Positions 9,321 to 18,158 of a stretch of DNA of 64,000 nt are shown in pieces (within the stretch, counting starts at the first letter, position 1; the number at the start of each line of letters is the position of its first letter). Position numbers and translations under genes: made by a program. Location: positions 630 to 64,629 of the forward strand of contig JAOZGJ010000040.1 in assembly GCA_027491785.1 (NCBI GenBank), in the 5' to 3' direction. Source of the DNA: Thermoproteota archaeon (GTDB lineage: Archaea > Korarchaeota > Korarchaeia > Korarchaeales > Korarchaeaceae). Under the pieces are notes generated by a model. The model made no database searches, was not told the DNA's origin, and was given only the letters and a program-made list of their open reading frames with translations.

Positions 9321-10201
9321 GGAGAGAGATAATGTCTACTATAATGATTAGAAAAAAGGAAAGCCCTCAGAGAATAAGAAAAGCTAGAATGATGGAGAAA
9401 TTCGCTGAATTAGCCAAGAAATATCCCACAATAATGTTCGCAGACTTCGCTAGAGTCCCGGCTGATCACTTCCAATACGTTAGGAGGGATTTATCTCCAG
9501 ATATCAAGTTCTTTGTGATAAAGAGAAGGCTTGTCTCTAAGGTCGCTGATGGACTGAACAGAAAGGGGCTAGATAAACTTGTGGATTACATGCCCCTGAA
9601 TTTAGTGGTAATATTCAGCAATAAAGACCCATTTGAAACCTATCGATTAGTTACCGAAAGAAAGGCAAGTGTTTTCCTTAAGCCAGGAGATATAGCTGAA
9701 GATGATGTTGTTATACCGAAGGGTCCTACAGATATAGCCCCAGGGCCTATATTAACTGACTTAAGGGCTATGGGCATTCCCACCAAAATACAAGGAGGTA
9801 AAATAGCTATAACAGAGAATTTCACCATAGTAAAGAAAGGAGAAGCCGTTTCACCCCAAATAGCAGATCTACTTAGAAATCTTGGCATAAAACCACTTAA
9901 AGTAGGATTTAAAGTGAGGGCTGCAATAGATGAAGAGGGTTTACTCTACTTACCAGAGGTTCTCTCTGTGACTATAGAGGATATAAGAAACATGATAGCG
10001 AAAGCGCACTCCGCTGCCCTGAATATAGCCATTGAAATAGGCGAAATAAACAGATACACAATAAGACCCTTAGCAGAGAAGGCAGTTAGAGGAGCCCTTG
10101 CATTAGCCCTAGAAATCAGTTGGATCTCTAGTGAGACACTACCTTACCTTATAAGGAAAGCCGCTATAATAGCTAAGACGCTAAAAGAGAAGATGGACTG
10201 A
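9317..10201 (+). CDS. rpl10: 50S ribosomal protein L10/P0 (no acidic C-terminal tail)
   Basis: GDIAEDDVVIPKGPT, GIPTKIQGGKIAI and LGIKPLKVG motifs; three spine helices. Start may be the ATG at 9332. Confidence 0.95.
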   Translation: MRREIMSTIMIRKKESPQRIRKARMMEKFAELAKKYPTIMFADFARVPADHFQYVRRDLSPDIKFFVIKRRLVSKVADGLNRKGLDKLVDYMPLNLVVIFSNKDPFETYRLVTERKASVFLKPGDIAEDDVVIPKGPTDIAPGPILTDLRAMGIPTKIQGGKIAITENFTIVKKGEAVSPQIADLLRNLGIKPLKVGFKVRAAIDEEGLLYLPEVLSVTIEDIRNMIAKAHSAALNIAIEIGEINRYTIRPLAEKAVRGALALALEISWISSETLPYLIRKAAIIAKTLKEKMD

Positions 10202-10295
10202 TTAGCTAAACCTTTTTCCTTAAAGGTTCATACCCATCTCCCTTTTCTTTATATTACCTCTATACGATTCCCTAAATGCGCTTGAGCGAATAGAA

Positions 10296-10358
10296 GGGCT
10301 CAGAAGCGGAGAGTCTCTTCATTTAACTGATTTGTCTGTGGAGCTATCATCATAGCCC
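10296..10358 (-). ncRNA. box C/D guide sRNA
   Basis: GGGCT-ATGATGA (C box)...AAATGA (C'-like)...CTGA (D box)-GCCC with a terminal stem; TTTTAAA TATA about 25 nt upstream. D' box is degenerate. Confidence 0.75.
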
Positions 10359-10421
10359 ATTAATGCTACTCAGATACTAGCTTTAAAAGATGCTCAATCG
10401 AGGCAAAATAGAAGGGATGAA

Positions 10422-11558
10422 CTAGGATATATGCTCTCCTAGATATGGATAATATGATCTTAACGCATCTCTCCATTCCGGTTCACCGAATAATCCTCTC
10501 TCCTTTTGCCACTTTTGCAATCTATATAAGGGCTCTATTAAGCTCTTATCAGATAGCAGCTTCTCTCTAAGGGGAGAAAATTCTCTTATTAGGTATTCTG
10601 CCAGAAAGTTCTTAAGATCTAATGGGTGTACCTCTCCCTTAACGTAGCTCCTCTCTAATTCCTTATAATTTGATATTTCTATTTCCCCACCACCAAAAGC
10701 TCTTGATCTAGGTAACCTAATTCCTTTACTCATTGGCAATATAAGATATCTGAATATGCCTAATATTGGATTCTTGAGCTTACCCTCTTCATCATACTGG
10801 TCTTCAAACCCAGGTGGGCAGTATGCTTGTCTTACCTTTTCCTTGATTATATCTGGTGGATCATGAACAGCTATATGAGATCTAGGTAGGCTACTGCTCA
10901 TCTTACCTCCCGTTAGTCCGGGTAGAAGGGGGGTATGTATGGCAGAAGGAACATACTTCTTCACCCTCAAAGGTATCTGCATTGAGAATACATCCCTTGC
11001 TAGGGCATGTATCTTCCTTTGATCAGTTCCTCCTATGGCAACATCTACCTCCAGATAAAGGATGTCTAGCGCCTGCATCAGTGGATAAATGTGATGAGAT
11101 ACGAGGGGATCATCCCTCTCTCTAGCTATAACGGACATGGCCCTCCATGCCCTTCTCGCGGTCACTCTCTGAGAGAGGGCTAAGAGATCAAGTACATAGT
11201 TAGGAGATAGCTCAAACTCACTACCCATCCTAATCTCTATTTCCGGAGAACCAAGTTCATGGAATACTGTTTTCCAGTAAGTCATCGATACCTCTTCTAT
11301 TAGATCTCTGGGCCCTTTCAGGTTTAGAATCGCGTGTATGTCGGCCATAAGCGCTATCGCATGGAACCCAGCATCTATCATATCCTTAAGCTTGTATAGT
11401 GTAATGAGAGTTCCTAAATGTATAGGACCGGATGGCTCATATCCCACGTAAGTATTATGTCTTCCAGACTTGAGCATCTCCTTTATCTCATCAATAGTCA
11501 TTACGAATTCCTCTAAAGGCTCAGCGACGTTCCTTAAGACCAAAGATAACTTATCCGT
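10422..11558 (-). CDS. tyrS: tyrosyl-tRNA synthetase (start possibly ACG at 11558; ORF track uses TTG at 11543)
   Basis: YVGYEPSGPIHLG (HIGH motif), YPLMQALDI, GGTDQRKIH and KMSSS motifs. Confidence 0.95.
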   Translation of the reverse strand, partial: TDKLSLVLRNVAEPLEEFVMTIDEIKEMLKSGRHNTYVGYEPSGPIHLGTLITLYKLKDMIDAGFHAIALMADIHAILNLKGPRDLIEEVSMTYWKTVFHELGSPEIEIRMGSEFELSPNYVLDLLALSQRVTARRAWRAMSVIARERDDPLVSHHIYPLMQALDILYLEVDVAIGGTDQRKIHALARDVFSMQIPLRVKKYVPSAIHTPLLPGLTGGKMSSSLPRSHIAVHDPPDIIKEKVRQAYCPPGFEDQYDEEGKLKNPILGIFRYLILPMSKGIRLPRSRAFGGGEIEISNYKELERSYVKGEVHPLDLKNFLAEYLIREFSPLREKLLSDKSLIEPLYRLQKWQKERGLFGEPEWRDALRSYYPYLGEHIS

Positions 11559-11625
11559 AGTCTCACCTGGATGAAAAGATAGAGAGCTACATAAATTAAT
11601 TTGGTCTCATCAATGTTGCAGATCG

Positions 11626-11686
11626 GGACCTCAGAGTAGGTCAGTTAATTCATCTGCTCAGTGCCGTCACCTATCATCATCGGTCC
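11626..11686 (-). ncRNA. box C/D guide sRNA overlapping the 3' end of the Mut7-C gene
   Basis: GGACC-G-ATGATGA (C)-12 nt-CTGA (D')-GC-AGATGA (C')-15 nt-CTGA (D)-GGTCC, with a 5-bp terminal stem. Confidence 0.9.
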
Positions 11687-12173
11687 TTAATTCGGTATAA
11701 TGGGACCTTTTCTCCTTTACTCTTGATAGGGTATTTAACATATTCCAGTAATGGGTACCAAACCAGAACGTCTTTCCGCATGAGGGGCATAGGAGGAACT
11801 TCATGTGGCCTTTTGATATTTCCCTTGGCAGTTTCCCAATCATCAAGTCCCTCTTCACTAGTACTAGCTTGGTATTACAGAAGGGGCATCTAGTAGCCCT
11901 AGGATCCACCCTCAAACTAACTGAAAATTCTTTAGAGATTAAAGCTAAAGCTTCTAGTACATTTTCCGGGATGAGTATGACCCTCCTCCCTAACTTCTCG
12001 GCTCTAATTTTCAATTCCTTATCTCTCGTTACAAGAACCCTCCTTTCGAGCATCTTAAGTAGATTTGAATCGCTTATCGATGATTTTACATAGAGAGTAT
12101 CGCAGCCTAGAATTCTCAGCCATTTAGCTACCTTGCCGCTCATTGAATCGACTAGAAATGGTATATCACACAT
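11667..12173 (-). CDS. Mut7-C PIN-like RNase (DUF82) with zinc ribbon
   Basis: FLVDSMSGKVAKWLRILGCD, LVTRD, RCPFCN and CPSCGKTFWFGTH motifs. Confidence 0.9.
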   Translation of the reverse strand: MCDIPFLVDSMSGKVAKWLRILGCDTLYVKSSISDSNLLKMLERRVLVTRDKELKIRAEKLGRRVILIPENVLEALALISKEFSVSLRVDPRATRCPFCNTKLVLVKRDLMIGKLPREISKGHMKFLLCPSCGKTFWFGTHYWNMLNTLSRVKEKRSHYTELRTDDDR

Positions 12174-12196
12174 TTTTATCACTGAGAATTGAAAGG

Positions 12197-12269
12197 TAGC
12201 CCCGCCCGGATTCGAACCGGGGTCTCCGGGTTCAAAGCCCGGCGTGCTTGACCGCTACACTACGGGGCT
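12197..12269 (-). tRNA. tRNA-Gln(TTG)
   Basis: AGCCCCG/CGGGGCT acceptor stem (A1-U72); loop CT TTG AA. Confidence 0.96.
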
Positions 12270-12312
12270 CCAAGGGTATCATAAATTAGTTGACTATAAA
12301 ATTGACGTTATA

Positions 12313-12399
12313 TGCGGGGGGTGGGATTTGAACCCACGCGGGCCTAACACCCACCGGACCCTGAATCCGGCGCCTTGGACCTGGCTCGGCTACCCCCGC
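12313..12399 (-). tRNA. tRNA-Leu(CAG)
   Basis: Long variable arm; loop TT CAG GG. Confidence 0.96.
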
Positions 12400-12402
12400 T
12401 AG

Positions 12403-12477
12403 TGCTCCGGCCGGGATTTGAACCCGGGTCTGGGGCTCGAAAGGCCCCTATGCTTAGCCGGGCTACACCACCGGAGC
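12403..12477 (-). tRNA. tRNA-Glu(TTC)
   Basis: GCTCCGG/CCGGAGC acceptor stem; loop CT TTC GA; 3 nt upstream of tRNA-Leu. Confidence 0.96.
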
Positions 12478-12589
12478 CCGTTTACCTAGCAAATATAGCC
12501 CAATAAAAATGTTATCCTAGCTCCTGCTTGGCAAACTTCATTGGAGAGGATATAAATAGAGGGAAACTTTCTTGTCATCCTTCAATTGA

Positions 12590-13690
12590 TTATATGCTTA
12601 TCCCCATGTGCTCATCTAGTTTTTCTCTCAGATATTCTACGAATAATTCCTTTAGTTTTCTTGCTGTAGGGCTCATTGCCTTGAATATTTCTATTTCTGC
12701 CTTCTTTTTCTTTTCTAAGAACCATTTATTCTCCCTTTGCCAGAATTCGTTCTGTAAATTTGGTAAAAACTGATTATCTATTGCAGCCTTTAGGTCTGCT
12801 TGGGTCAAAGGCTCTAAAGCGAACTGATAGTCCTTAAAGAAGCCTTCCTCTACATCCTTAGTTAGTATTCCTATGAATCTAGCTTCTGGGGAGGCTAGAT
12901 ATGGTATGTGTGCTGAATTTATGCTATTATATATCACTGTGGCAGCTATCCTCAGAGACCAAGGTGATAAGTCAGTCAGTATTGCTATAGGTACTCCTTC
13001 ATCAGATAGCATCCTCAGGAACCTTCTCATACTCCTTGAAGCTTGTCCCTGAAGGATTGCTATGGCTATCTTTCTTTCCTCAGGTATCCCGAGCTCGATC
13101 ATATTCTTAGCAGGACCAACTTTCTCTATAGCTATAACGGCCTTAACTCCTATTCTCTTAAACTTTATATTCTCAGGTCTTGGCGGAACGGAATAACCCA
13201 TTTCTCCAACTCTGTCAGCTCTTAGTACCCTTCCTGATCTATCTATAAGTTCTATATCTCCATAAATCCACCCTCTTGGATCACTGGTAATTGAGAAAGC
13301 TTCTCTAGGCATCCCCAGTATCAATTCCATAAGTACGATTCTGGCATCAGTTTCCCTCTGGTCCTCTGGAAATAGTGTACCTTTGAGTCTTTCAACTTTA
13401 TGAACATAATAAAAGTCCCTTTTAGTCATTGTGAGTCCATTTTCTAGATGATCTAATGCCCTACTTAATCCATATAGAACTCCTGCTAGAGTCTTAAGGC
13501 TCTTAACCCTAGAACCCTTAATCTTACTGTACGTCTTAGGATCGAAGATATACCCTATTCTCTCATCAAATTCTATATTCTTCTGGCTATTAGGGGGATA
13601 CTCTATCTCGGGAAACTCTCCCCTTTTTATCCTCTCAGCTACCTGCTTGGCCAGCTCAAGAGCTCTCTCCTTTATGTTCATCTCCTCCAT
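12590..13690 (-). CDS. top6A: DNA topoisomerase VI subunit A
   Basis: TKRDFYY (catalytic Tyr), TOPRIM AIEK, GQASRSMRRF and KAEIE motifs. Confidence 0.95.
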   Translation of the reverse strand: MEEMNIKERALELAKQVAERIKRGEFPEIEYPPNSQKNIEFDERIGYIFDPKTYSKIKGSRVKSLKTLAGVLYGLSRALDHLENGLTMTKRDFYYVHKVERLKGTLFPEDQRETDARIVLMELILGMPREAFSITSDPRGWIYGDIELIDRSGRVLRADRVGEMGYSVPPRPENIKFKRIGVKAVIAIEKVGPAKNMIELGIPEERKIAIAILQGQASRSMRRFLRMLSDEGVPIAILTDLSPWSLRIAATVIYNSINSAHIPYLASPEARFIGILTKDVEEGFFKDYQFALEPLTQADLKAAIDNQFLPNLQNEFWQRENKWFLEKKKKAEIEIFKAMSPTARKLKELFVEYLREKLDEHMGISI

Positions 13691-15218
13691 CTTTTTCACC
13701 TATACCAGTACTCAATTTACTAAGCAAAGCTTCAATAGGGGGCCTCTCACCTAGCATATCATTAATAGTATCTGCTATTATCTGATAATACATCTTAAAT
13801 AACTCATACCTCTTCCTTAGCATTTCTTTCCTTCTTTTTCTACTTAGGAATATTCTAAGATCTCTTGCGCAATTTCTTAGTCCTAATTCTATCTCCTTTG
13901 CGACCTCGGGCACGTTAGCTATGAATTCCTTACCAACAGTCTTAAAGGGAACTTTCGTCGATACTATATGAACGAAGAATACAACAGGCTCATCTTCCGG
14001 GTTCTTTATACCATAATTGCTCCAATCTATCTTCTTAATTATCTGATAAGAGACATCGCTTGAGACATCATAAAGGAGAGGAATTCTATTTGCATACCTG
14101 TAAAGCTGTACGTCCCCTGTTGGCCTTATCTGTCCTCCATACGCAATGGCTGTCTCCACAATGAATGGGTGGGCCCCATAAACTGACGGAGGCCTCTGGA
14201 TAGCTTTTACAAACTCGGGTTGAAGTTCCTTCTTTATCCCGGATTCAAATAACTCTGCTCCTAGAGGAGAGAGTACACTGGGATCTGGAGGTAGAAACCT
14301 ATCGTATCTTTTAAGGGCATGAAATAGGGAAGAAATTTCCTGCTTAGTCAGCTCAGAAGGCTTCTTATCTGGAGGCAGGTCTGCAAGTTTAAGCACATCA
14401 ACCGCTGTTTTATCCCCCACTCTCTGAAAGTGCCTAACCAAAAAAGACTTAAGGGTCCTAGCTTTAGTAGCTTGCAGCAACCTTTGAAGTAATTCTAAAT
14501 CTACACCTTTCGGATGATAAAGCGCTTCCTTTGGGGACGGTGGCATCCTATCCGTACTTCTCGGGAATATGTAAAGGACACCCTCTGGGTCTAAGAACGA
14601 TATATTAGCATAAGGGACAACAATAGCAGTTTGATGTAAGTAATCTACTATCTTCCTCTTAGCTCGTGGATAATTACCTTCAAAATACGACTCTACTATG
14701 GTAAAAGAAGCCCTGGAGATCCCCTTTAAGACCCTTCTCTCTATAACTATGGGCTCGTTTTTCTTTATATCTATCATCATTGTTATTTCATATACAGGCT
14801 CTTTTTCTCTTGTGGAAACAACTTTAAACGGCATATTTGTAGTTATTTGACCATAAAGGAGCGCCATTGTTCCCCCTAACCCAAAAGTACCTCTACTCTG
14901 TATAAGTCGATATTTCGAGCTGACGAATACTCTACCAAAGGCCCTCGGAATTTCATCGGGATCTAATCCAATCCCATTATCTGCGACTAGTATTTTATAC
15001 CAAGGTAAGGAACCCTCAACTTTACTTCTGTACTCACTCATCACTATCTCAACTTGAGGAGGTTTCTCAGATACTTCTGCTGCGTCTAGAGCATTCTCCA
15101 CAAGTTCTCTCACAATGGTATATGTAGCTCTTACCGGATTATCGAAACCTGCAAGCGACTTATTGCGGTAAAAGAAATCTGCCGCACTAATCTCCTCTAA
15201 TTTCATTTCTTCAGACAT
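13656..15218 (-). CDS. top6B: DNA topoisomerase VI subunit B
   Basis: ELVENALDA, DNGIG, QSRGTFGLG, RYANRIPLLYD and STKVPFKTVGKE motifs; start placed at ATG (MSEEMK). Confidence 0.97.
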   Translation of the reverse strand: MSEEMKLEEISAADFFYRNKSLAGFDNPVRATYTIVRELVENALDAAEVSEKPPQVEIVMSEYRSKVEGSLPWYKILVADNGIGLDPDEIPRAFGRVFVSSKYRLIQSRGTFGLGGTMALLYGQITTNMPFKVVSTREKEPVYEITMMIDIKKNEPIVIERRVLKGISRASFTIVESYFEGNYPRAKRKIVDYLHQTAIVVPYANISFLDPEGVLYIFPRSTDRMPPSPKEALYHPKGVDLELLQRLLQATKARTLKSFLVRHFQRVGDKTAVDVLKLADLPPDKKPSELTKQEISSLFHALKRYDRFLPPDPSVLSPLGAELFESGIKKELQPEFVKAIQRPPSVYGAHPFIVETAIAYGGQIRPTGDVQLYRYANRIPLLYDVSSDVSYQIIKKIDWSNYGIKNPEDEPVVFFVHIVSTKVPFKTVGKEFIANVPEVAKEIELGLRNCARDLRIFLSRKRRKEMLRKRYELFKMYYQIIADTINDMLGERPPIEALLSKLSTGIGEKDGGDEHKGESS

Positions 15219-15234
15219 GAACACACCCTTTCCT

Positions 15235-15828
15235 CTATTTTTCACTTGTAATCTTCCTACGGAGATTTTCATCTACTAGAGCCTTTCGGGTCATCTCAGA
15301 CATCTTCTTTTCCATGATACGGTAGGCAGTAGAATGCATGGAGCCCTTTAAGAGGGATATAACTGCTTCTCTGGCAGCCACCATGTCATAGGCTTTACCT
15401 ATTATGGATACGGTATGCCCATAGACTGATATGTGAGTATTCGTCCTTCCCTCAATATAAGATCTAGCCTTTCCTTTCTCCCCTATGAGCCTACCTCTCA
15501 TTCTCTTAAGGGCGTTTTTTCTATCTCCTACAAATCTCCTTATATCAATTATCTCTAGCATGTAATCATCCTTTAATAGCTCAAGAGCCACCTCTGGGTT
15601 AAATCCTCTACCTATGGCTTGGATTACTGATTTTAGCTTCATTGGAAGGAGGGGATCATTAGGAGACTCAACGAATCTTATATAAACTTCTCCGCTGGAA
15701 CTATCTACATTAATCTTTGCTCCTGTCCTACCTTCTATTGCAGCCTTAACCGATCCCCTCTTGCCTATTAGAACACCTATCCTGTCTCTAGGTATCCTGA
15801 TCCTAATTTCCTGCAATGGTGCTATCAC
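15235..15828 (-). CDS. KH-domain rRNA processing protein (Dim2/Pno1)
   Basis: Tandem KH motifs IGVLIGKRGS, AIGRGF and RLIGEKGKAR; conserved RIO1-KH-top6B cluster. Confidence 0.92.
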   Translation of the reverse strand: MIAPLQEIRIRIPRDRIGVLIGKRGSVKAAIEGRTGAKINVDSSSGEVYIRFVESPNDPLLPMKLKSVIQAIGRGFNPEVALELLKDDYMLEIIDIRRFVGDRKNALKRMRGRLIGEKGKARSYIEGRTNTHISVYGHTVSIIGKAYDMVAAREAVISLLKGSMHSTAYRIMEKKMSEMTRKALVDENLRRKITSEK

Positions 15829-15837
15829 CTCTCAAAT

Positions 15838-16626
15838 TTACTTCCCACTGACAAGTTCATTGGCGATCTTATATGGATCAGGTAGATTTATCCGGTATCT
15901 CTTTTTAAAAAATGAGGTAATTCTTCTTATATCACTGATCAACAGAGAAAAGGAATTTGGATGAGAAACGACAACAGCCTGAGAAACATCAATTATCCAA
16001 GGAAGATCTTTCCAAATCATGATATTATATTCACTGAGATCCCCATGAACTAAGCTGGCTTCCATGTACATTTTCCTAATATTCTCCAGTATATCCATTA
16101 GATATCTTTTTGGGCTTTCTAGCTCCACATCCTTCAATAATGGGGCAGGTATACCATTCTTTCCTATAAATTCCATCACGAGTATGTTTCCCACAACATC
16201 TATAGGTTTTGGGACTCTCACACCAAATAACTCCATTCTCCTTAAATTCCTATACTCCTTCTTGGCCCATGTAAGGACAATTTTTCTTTTATCCTTCGGG
16301 GCTCTGAATCTATAATCGCCATTTATATAGTGAATATACCTCTTGAAATTAGCTGTATAAATCCTGTAAACTTTCACAGCAACTTCTCCTTGAGGGCCCT
16401 CTCCGGCTAGGACGACTGATTCTTTACCAGAATTAATTATCCATGATATATCAGTTAAAACTCCTTTATTAAAGAGCTTTAGGAGGGATCTCAAAGTTCC
16501 AGTATCGAAGGCAAGCTGCCTTACCTTATAATACTCACTGTCTTTCACTTTTTCTTTTATTTTATCTTTTTCCCTATTCAGGATCTTCTCTATCCTTGTC
16601 TCTATTTCATCGAACTTATTTGACAA
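15838..16626 (-). CDS. rio1: RIO1 serine protein kinase
   Basis: SGKESVV, AVKVYR, WAKKEYRNL, HGDLSEYNI and IIDVSQAV motifs. Confidence 0.96.
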   Translation of the reverse strand: MSNKFDEIETRIEKILNREKDKIKEKVKDSEYYKVRQLAFDTGTLRSLLKLFNKGVLTDISWIINSGKESVVLAGEGPQGEVAVKVYRIYTANFKRYIHYINGDYRFRAPKDKRKIVLTWAKKEYRNLRRMELFGVRVPKPIDVVGNILVMEFIGKNGIPAPLLKDVELESPKRYLMDILENIRKMYMEASLVHGDLSEYNIMIWKDLPWIIDVSQAVVVSHPNSFSLLISDIRRITSFFKKRYRINLPDPYKIANELVSGK

Positions 16627-16640
16627 AATTAGGGCACCCT

Positions 16641-17021
16641 CTAGCCTTCCTTATAAAAGGCCCAATCTCTTGGTATGTAACCTTTCTCTATTAACCAATT
16701 TACCTGCTGATGGGTGTATCTCACTACGATGTCTCCCCTTTCCTTCTTAAATGGCCATATGGATACTAACACTATATCCCCTCTCTTTATCCAAGATCTC
16801 CTGCCCCTAAGCTTTCCTCTGACCCTACACACCCGGATAGCTCCATCAGCACATTCAACTCTAAAATGACCCTTACCTAAAGGCTCCAGCACTCTACCGA
16901 AAATCTCTAACTCATCTTCAACTGGGAGAAGCTCTTCCATCTCAACATCGAGGGATCTCTCGACATCAGCTCCTTTATTCCTTCCTTTGCTTTTTTTCTT
17001 CTTTTTCTTACTCCATGGCAA
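16641..17021 (-). CDS. eif1a: translation initiation factor 1A
   Basis: LGKGHFRVECADG, RGKLRGRRSWIKRGDIVLV and RGDIVVRY motifs; TTG start 4 nt after GGTGA. Confidence 0.95.
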   Translation of the reverse strand: MPWSKKKKKKSKGRNKGADVERSLDVEMEELLPVEDELEIFGRVLEPLGKGHFRVECADGAIRVCRVRGKLRGRRSWIKRGDIVLVSIWPFKKERGDIVVRYTHQQVNWLIEKGYIPRDWAFYKEG

Positions 17022-17032
17022 GAGATCACCCT

Positions 17033-17455
17033 TCAAATCTTAGGTATTGGTGTTTCAGCGCCGCAGGCCAGACACCGTAAGATCCATGTCTTTTTCACCT
17101 TAACTATGATCGTATCAGGTCTACCACAATGGGGGCATACGACATATGTTCCTATGAATCTATCTATCCTATTCTCCACCTGCCTTGGGTCTATCCTCCT
17201 GCTTAGGATCAATTTTTTCGCATCCTCAGTTAGGAAATATGGAGATCCGAGTTCCTTCGACAAATATCTAGCAAGCAACTTAGGATCTCTATTTAGAACA
17301 TTCGTTATTTCTTTGAAGTTAACTATATGAGTCTGCTTGCCCTCTATTACTATTACAGGCTTTGGAGGCATGAACCTTTCTCCACTCGCTACTACAGAGG
17401 GTAACTGCTTTCTCGCTTCCCTTAGCATATTTAGATACTCTTCCTTTGTCGACAT
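17033..17455 (-). CDS. eif2b: translation initiation factor 2 beta subunit
   Basis: ERFMPP, LNRDPKLLARYLSKELG and YVVCPHCGRPDT...CLACGA motifs. Confidence 0.95.
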   Translation of the reverse strand: MSTKEEYLNMLREARKQLPSVVASGERFMPPKPVIVIEGKQTHIVNFKEITNVLNRDPKLLARYLSKELGSPYFLTEDAKKLILSRRIDPRQVENRIDRFIGTYVVCPHCGRPDTIIVKVKKTWILRCLACGAETPIPKI

Positions 17456-17462
17456 ATTATAA

Positions 17463-18101
17463 TCACCTTCCAATATACACGTACTTGTCGTCTTTCTCAT
17501 ATATTAAACCTGAACTTCTCAGTTCTGCTATCTTTCTAGATACATCATTTAGATCTAACTTTAAGAGATCTGATATCTCACTCAAACTGAGAGGTCCTAA
17601 GTCCTTTAATAATCTAATAATCGTCGCATTGGTTGTATAAATATCAGATCTCCTCTTTGGAGGAGATATGTGCCTTAAGGTCCTCCTAAGTATCTCTAAT
17701 TCTCTCAATAATATCAGGTTTGGATCTTCCACCTTATTAATCAATATGGGATATAGGTAGATCGTATCTCTCCAGCTTCTTATCCTTCCTATTACATCCA
17801 ATATGCTGCCTACCTCATACAGCTTATTAGTATCTGGGTCTGTAATTCTGGATATATCCTCCTCCCAAGCCTTTATCTGTATACTTCCAGTACCATCATG
17901 GATCTCCAGTCTAGCAAAGGTTCCATCATTACTCTCCCAAGAATCAATAACGATTCCTATTATCCTAACCTTAGAAACACTTCCCCAAGGCAGCCTAAAG
18001 TATCTAACCTGATTTACGGCTATTTCTTCAAAATTTCCCTCACTTAGCTCTCTTATTCTGACCTTATGACTTGGCTCCGATATGTTCCCCGATCCATACA
18101 T
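17463..18101 (-). CDS. RPA2/RPA32-like OB-fold plus winged-helix ssDNA-binding protein
   Basis: VSKVRIIGIVID, HDGTGSIQIKAW and LDVIGRIRSWRD (OB fold); C-terminal wHTH (LSEISDLLKLD...LRSSGLIYE). Confidence 0.8.
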   Translation of the reverse strand: MYGSGNISEPSHKVRIRELSEGNFEEIAVNQVRYFRLPWGSVSKVRIIGIVIDSWESNDGTFARLEIHDGTGSIQIKAWEEDISRITDPDTNKLYEVGSILDVIGRIRSWRDTIYLYPILINKVEDPNLILLRELEILRRTLRHISPPKRRSDIYTTNATIIRLLKDLGPLSLSEISDLLKLDLNDVSRKIAELRSSGLIYEKDDKYVYIGR

Positions 18102-18158
18102 CTAGTATAATCTACCGTTAATCCTTATATATGGATCTAGCCCTATCGATATAGGTTT

